Source: the human T2T-CHM13v2.0 reference genome, Homo sapiens. Taken from it: a stretch of 64,000 nt of DNA. The notes under the pieces were generated by a model. That model was not told the DNA's origin. It was given only the letters and a program-made list of their open reading frames with translations, and did no database searches. The stretch is taken from positions 31,168,001-31,232,000 of the forward strand of contig CP086569.2 of NCBI GenBank assembly GCA_009914755.4, given 5' to 3'. The position numbers and the translations under genes were made by a program. Shown piece after piece: positions 58,601 through 64,000 of this stretch (positions are counted from its first letter, which is position 1; the number at the start of each line of letters is the position of its first letter).

Positions 58601-61600
58601 ATGGAATCGAACCACAAGGAATGGACAGGAATAGAATGGTCTCGAATTGAATGGAATCCTATGGAATGGCATCAAACGGAATGGAATGGACAGCCACGGA
58701 ATGGAATGAACTCGAATGCAATGGAGTCGAAACTAATGGACTGGAATAGAATGGACTCGACTGGTACGGACTCCAATGGAATGGAATCGAATGGAAGGGA
58801 ATCGAACGGAATGGACTCGAAGGGAATAGACTGCAATGGAAAGGTCTCGAATGGAATGGAAATTAATGGAATGGAATGGAATCGAATGAAATGGAGTCAA
58901 AAGGAATGGAATCGAATGGCAAGAAATCGAATGTAATGGAATCGCAAGGAATTGATGTGAACGGAACGGAATGGAATGGAATCCAAAGGAATGGAATAGA
59001 ATGGAATGGAATCGAATGGAAAGGACTCGAATGGAAATCACTCGAATAGAATGCAATTTAATAAAATAGGATCAAATGTAATGGAATGGAATGGAAAGGA
59101 ATCGAAACGAAAGGAATGGAGACAGATGGAATGGAATGGAACAGAGAGCAATGGTATAGAATGGAATGGAATCATCTGGAATGGAATTGAATGGAATGGA
59201 ATAATAGGAAATGGAATGGAATGGAATGGAATGCCCTTGAATTAAATGGACTGGAATGGAATGGACTCGAACAGAGTGGAATGGAAAGTGTTGAAATAGA
59301 ATGGAATGGACTCGTTTGGAATGGTCTAGTATGCAATGCAATCGACTGGCAGGGAATCAAAAGGAATGTAATGGAATGGACTGGACTGGAATGCAATGGA
59401 CTCGAATAGATTGGAAACGGAATGCAAAGGAATGGAATGGAATAGTATGGAATGGAATGGAAAGGAATGGAGTGGAATAGACTAGAGTGGAATGGAATGG
59501 ACTCGAAAGCAATGGACTGGAATGGAACTTTCTTGAATGGACTGGAATCAAACGGAATGGAATGCAATGCAATCAAATGTCATGGAATAAAATAGAATGA
59601 AAGAGAATCAAATGGAATTGAATCGAATGGAATCGAATGGATTGGAAAGGAATAGAATGGAATGAAATGGAATTGATTGAAATGGAATGGACTAGCATGG
59701 AATGGATTCGAATGGAAGGCAAAGGAATGGAATCTATTGGAATGGACTGTAATGGAATGGAATGGAAGGGATTGGAATGGACTCGAATGGAATGGACTGC
59801 AATAGAAAGGATTCGAATGGAATGAAAAAGAATTGAATGGAATAGAACAGAATGGAATCAAATCGAATGAAATGGAATGGAATAGAAAGGAATGGAATGA
59901 AATGGAATGGAAAGGATTCGAATGGAATGCAATCGAATGGAATGGAATCGAACGGAATGGAATAAAATGGAAGAAAACTGGCAAGAAATGGAATCGAAAT
60001 GAATGGAGTGTTATGGAACGGACTCAAAAGGAATTGAATGTAATAGAATGGAGTGGAGTGAACTCGAATATAATGGACTGGAATGGAATGAAATCACATG
60101 GAATGGGAACGAATGGAATGGAATGGAAAGGAATGGAATCGAATGGAAAGGAATCGAATGGAAGGGAATGAAATTGAATCAACAGGAATGGAAGGGAATA
60201 GAATAGACGGTAATGGAATGGACTCGAATAGAATGGACACGAATGCTCAAATTGAATGGACTCGAATGGAATGGAAACGAAAGGAATGTCATCGAATGGA
60301 ATTGAATCGATTGGAATGAAATCGCATAGAATGGAGTGGAATCAAATGGAATTGAATCGAAAGGAAAGGAAGCGAATGGACTGAAATGAAATGGAATGGA
60401 ATTGAATGGAAAGTAATGCAATGGAATAGAATGGAACGAAATTTCACGGAATGGAATCAAACTGAATGGAATCAAATCAATGGAATCAAATCAAATGGAA
60501 TGGAAAGGAATTGAATGGAGTAGATTGGATTGGATGGGATTGGAATGAAATGTACTGGAAAGGACTCGAATTTCATGAAACGGAATGGAATGAATTGGAA
60601 CGGAATGGACTCGAATGGAATGGAATGTCATGGAATGGCATCAAATGGAATGGCATCAAATGGAATGGAATCGAATGCAATGGAATGCTATGGAATGGAA
60701 TGGAATGCATTGGAATGGAATGTCCTCTAATGGAATGGATTCGAGTGGAATGGAATCGAATATAATGGAGTCGAATGAAATGGAATTGAAAGGAATGGGA
60801 TCGAATACAATGGAATATACTGGAATGTAATGTAATGAACTCGAATGTAATTGACTGGAATGGAATGTACATGAATGGAATGTAATCGAATGGAAAGTAA
60901 TCCAATGGAATAGAATCTAATGCAATAAAATCTACTCAGATAGAGTAGAATGTAATGGAATGGAGTGCAGTGCAATGGAATGGAATGGAATGGAATGCAA
61001 TGGAATGGAATGGAATGGAATGGAATGGAATGGAATGGAATGGAATGGGATGGAATGGTATGGAATGGATAGTAATGGACTGGAATGAAATGGACTGGAA
61101 AAGAATGGACTCAAATTGAAAGGGCTCGAAAGGAATGGAGTCAAATGGAATGGTCTGGAATGGAATGAACACGAATGTAATGCAATCCAATAGAATGGAA
61201 TCGAATGGCATGGAATATAAAGAAATGGAATCGAAGAGAATGGAAACAAATGGAATGGAATTGAATGGAATGGAATTGAATGGAATGGGAACGAATGGAG
61301 TGAAATTGTATGCAGTAGAAGAGAATAGAATGGAATGCAAGCGAAAGGAAAGGAATGGATTGCAATGGAATGGAATTCATTGGAATGGAAGGGAATGTAG
61401 TGTAATGGACAGGCCTGGAATAAAGTGGAATGTTACGGTCTCGAATGGAATAAAAATGTATGGAATGGAATGCAATGAAACGGAATCGAATGTCATAGAA
61501 TGTAATGGAATGCAAAAAAATGGAATCCAAAATCATTGACTGGAAAGGCTGGGTGTCGAAAGGAATTGACTCCAATGGAATGGAATCGAATGGAATGGAA

Positions 61601-62164
61601 GTGAATAGAATCGAACTAAATCGAATGGAATGGAATTGATAGGAACGGAATGGAAAGGAATGCAATGATTTGGCATGGAATGGAATCGAATGGCATCGAA
61701 TGGAATGGAATGGAATGCAATGGAATGGAATGTATTAGAATGTAATGAACATTAATGGAATGTACTCGAATGGATTCGACTGGAATGGAATGTTCTGGAA
61801 GTGAATGGACTCCAATGGAATGGATTCGAAAGGAATGGAATCGAATGGAATGGAATCTAATGGAATGGAATTAAATGGAAATGAATCAAATTGAATAGCA
61901 CGGAATTGAATTGAATGCAATCGAATGCAATGGAATCTAATGAAACGGAAAGGAAAGGAATGGAATGGAATGGAATGGGCTGGAATGGAAAGGAATCGAA
62001 ACGAATGGAATGGAATCGAACTGAAGAGACTGGAATGGAATGCACTGGAATGGAAGGGAGTGTAATGGAAGGTTCTCGAAAAAAATGGAATCGAATGGAA
62101 TGGAATTGAATGGAACGGAATAGAGTCGAATGGAATTGAATGGAATGGAATGGACTAGAGTGAA
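58601..62164 (+). repeat. DYZ1-type unit (3564 bp)
   Basis: Landmark phase. Confidence 0.85.
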
Positions 62165-64000
62165 ATGGAATCGAACCACAAGGAATGGACAGGAATAGAA
62201 TGGTCTCGAATTGAATGGAATCGTATGGAATGGCATCAAACGGAATGGAATGGACAGCCACGGAATGGAATGCACTCGAATGCAATGGAGTCGAAACTAA
62301 TGGACTGGAATAGAATGGACTCGACTGGTACGGACTGCAATGGAATGGAATCGAATGGAAGGGAATCGAACGGAATGGACTCGAAGGGAAAAGACTGCAA
62401 TGGAAAGGTCTCGAATGGAATGGAAATTAATGGAATGGAATGGAATCGAATGAAATGGAGTCAAAAGGAATGGAATCGAATGGCAAGAAATCGAATGTAA
62501 TGGAATCTCAAGGAATTGATGTGAACGGAACGGAATGGAATGGAATCCAAAGGAATGGAATAGAATGGAATGGAATCGAATGGAAAGGACTCGAATGGAA
62601 ATCACTCGAATAGAATGCAATTTAATAAAATAGGATCAAATGTAATGGAATGGAATGGAAAGGAATAGAAACGAAAGGAATGGAGACAGATGGAATGGAA
62701 TGGAACAGAGAGCAATGGTATAGAATGGAATGGAATCATCTGGAATGGAATTGAATGGAATGGAATAATATGAAATGGAATGGAATGGAATGGAATGGAA
62801 TGCCCTTGAATTAAATGGACTGGAATGGAATGGACTCGAACAGAGTGGAATGGAAAGTGTTGAGATAGAATGGAATGGACTCCTTTGGAATGGTGTAGTA
62901 TGCAATGCAATCGACTGGCAGGGAATCAAAAGGAATGTAATGGAATGGATTGGACTGGAATGCAATGGACTCGTATAGATTGGAAACGGAATGCAAAGGA
63001 ATGGAATGGAATAGTATGGAATGGAATGGAAAGGAATGGAGTGGAATAGACTAGAGTGGAATGGAATGGACTGGAAAGCAATGGACTGGAATGGAACTTT
63101 CTTGAATGGACTGGAATCAAACGGAATGGAATGCAATGCAATCAAATGGCATGGAATAAAATAGAATGAAAGAGAATCAAATGGAATTGAATCGAATGGA
63201 ATCGAATGGATTGGAAAGGAATAGAATGGAATGGAATGGAATTGACTCAAATGGAATGGACTAGAATGGAATGGATTCGAATGGAAGGCAAAGGAATGGA
63301 ATCTATTGGAATGGACTGTAATGGAATGGAATGGAAGGGATTGGAATGGACTCGAATGGAATGGACTGCAATAGAAAGGATTCGAATGGAATGAAAAAGA
63401 ATTGAATGGAATAGAACAGAGTGCAATCAAATCGAATGAAATGGAATGGAATAGAAAGGAATGGAATGAAATGGAATGGAAAGGATTCGAATGGAATGCA
63501 ATCGAATGGAATGGAATCGAACGGAATGGAATAAAATGGAAGAAAACTGGCAAGAAATGGAATCGAAATGAATGGAGTGTTATGGAACGGACTAAAAAGG
63601 AATTGAATGTAATAGAATGGAGTGGAGTGGACTCGAATATAATGGACTGGAATGGAATGAAATCACATGGAATGGGAACGAATGGAATGGAATGGAAAGG
63701 AATGGAATCGAATGGAAAGGAATCGAATGGAAGGGAATGAAATTGAATCAACAGGAATGGAAGAGAATAGAATAGACGGTAATGGAATGGACTCGAATAG
63801 AATGGACACGAATGCTCAAATTGAATGGACTCGAATGGAATGGAAACGAAAGGAATGTCATCGAATGGAATTGAATCGATTGGAATGAAATCGCATAGAA
63901 TGGAGTGGAATCAAATGGAATTGAATCGAAAGGAAAGGAAGCGAATGGACTGAAATGAAATGGAATGGAATTGAATGGAAAGTAATGCAATGGAATAGAA
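62165..64000 (+). repeat. Partial DYZ1-type unit, cut by the window edge
   Basis: Landmark phase; the window ends mid-unit. Confidence 0.85.

Larger units (their letters stand above)
30734..64000 (+). repeat. DYZ1-type HSat3 array: a ~3.55-kb higher-order unit of degenerate (GGAAT)n pentamers. About 9.5 copies, with GGAAT on the + strand.
   Basis: The sequence is almost entirely aatgg/ggaat pentamer variants. Landmark strings ('MESNHKEWTG' ORF phase) recur at 32805, 36349, 39912, 44417, 47986, 51514, 55052, 58601 and 62165, at spacings of 3528-3569 bp (one spacing of 4505). There is a single GGCC per unit (e.g. 35596, 39170). Confidence 0.88.

Noticed and set aside
30734-64000. Hundreds of 60-370-aa ORFs on both strands in the ORF track (MEWNGMEWNG..., MHSIPFHSIPF...)
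   Set aside because: They are in-frame translations of GGAAT/ATTCC pentamer repeats. W-N-G-M-E is aatgg read in three phases, and H-S-I-P-F is its complement. The ORFs overlap each other on both strands, have periodic low-complexity composition, lack start contexts and recur with the 3.55-kb satellite period. None is coding.
30734-64000. Alpha-satellite or centromeric identity
   Set aside because: There is no 171-bp periodicity and no alphoid motifs. The monomer is the 5-bp GGAAT of HSat2/3, organised in a 3.55-kb higher-order unit.

Overview
This window is eukaryotic constitutive heterochromatin, almost certainly human (or a close great-ape relative). It is not a prokaryotic locus and contains no credible protein-coding gene. 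It holds two abutting satellite arrays.

(1) Positions 1 to ~30733 hold about 12.5 head-to-tail copies of a ~2.42-kb unit. Alu poly-T starts recur at 1105, 3523, 5943, 8363, 10783, 13201, 15621, 18039, 20457 and 22874, with 2416-2420 bp spacing. Each unit carries a ~298-bp CpG-decayed Alu in minus orientation, a ~570-bp mixed-composition segment, and a ~1.55-kb extremely AT-rich segment. This architecture, together with its position next to HSat3, matches the Y-chromosome DYZ2 (HSat1B) satellite of Yq12.

(2) Positions ~30734 to 64000 hold about 9.5 copies of a ~3.53-3.57-kb higher-order unit built from degenerate GGAAT/AATGG pentamers on the + strand. This matches DYZ1-type HSat3.

The window therefore captures a DYZ2-to-DYZ1 block boundary at ~30733. 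Every ORF in the supplied track is a frame artefact of satellite DNA: W-N-G-M-E strings come from GGAAT, and Y-I-I-Y strings from AT-rich repeats.

Structure of note inside the arrays:
- a near-exact 7.3-kb (3-unit) duplication at offset 9678 in the DYZ2 array;
- a 3.7-kb DYZ2 variant unit and a 4.5-kb DYZ1 variant unit, each with a mappable internal breakpoint;
- deletion-bearing, more divergent units on both sides of the array junction.

I found no evidence of a novel biological system. The findings concern satellite organisation and its mutational history.
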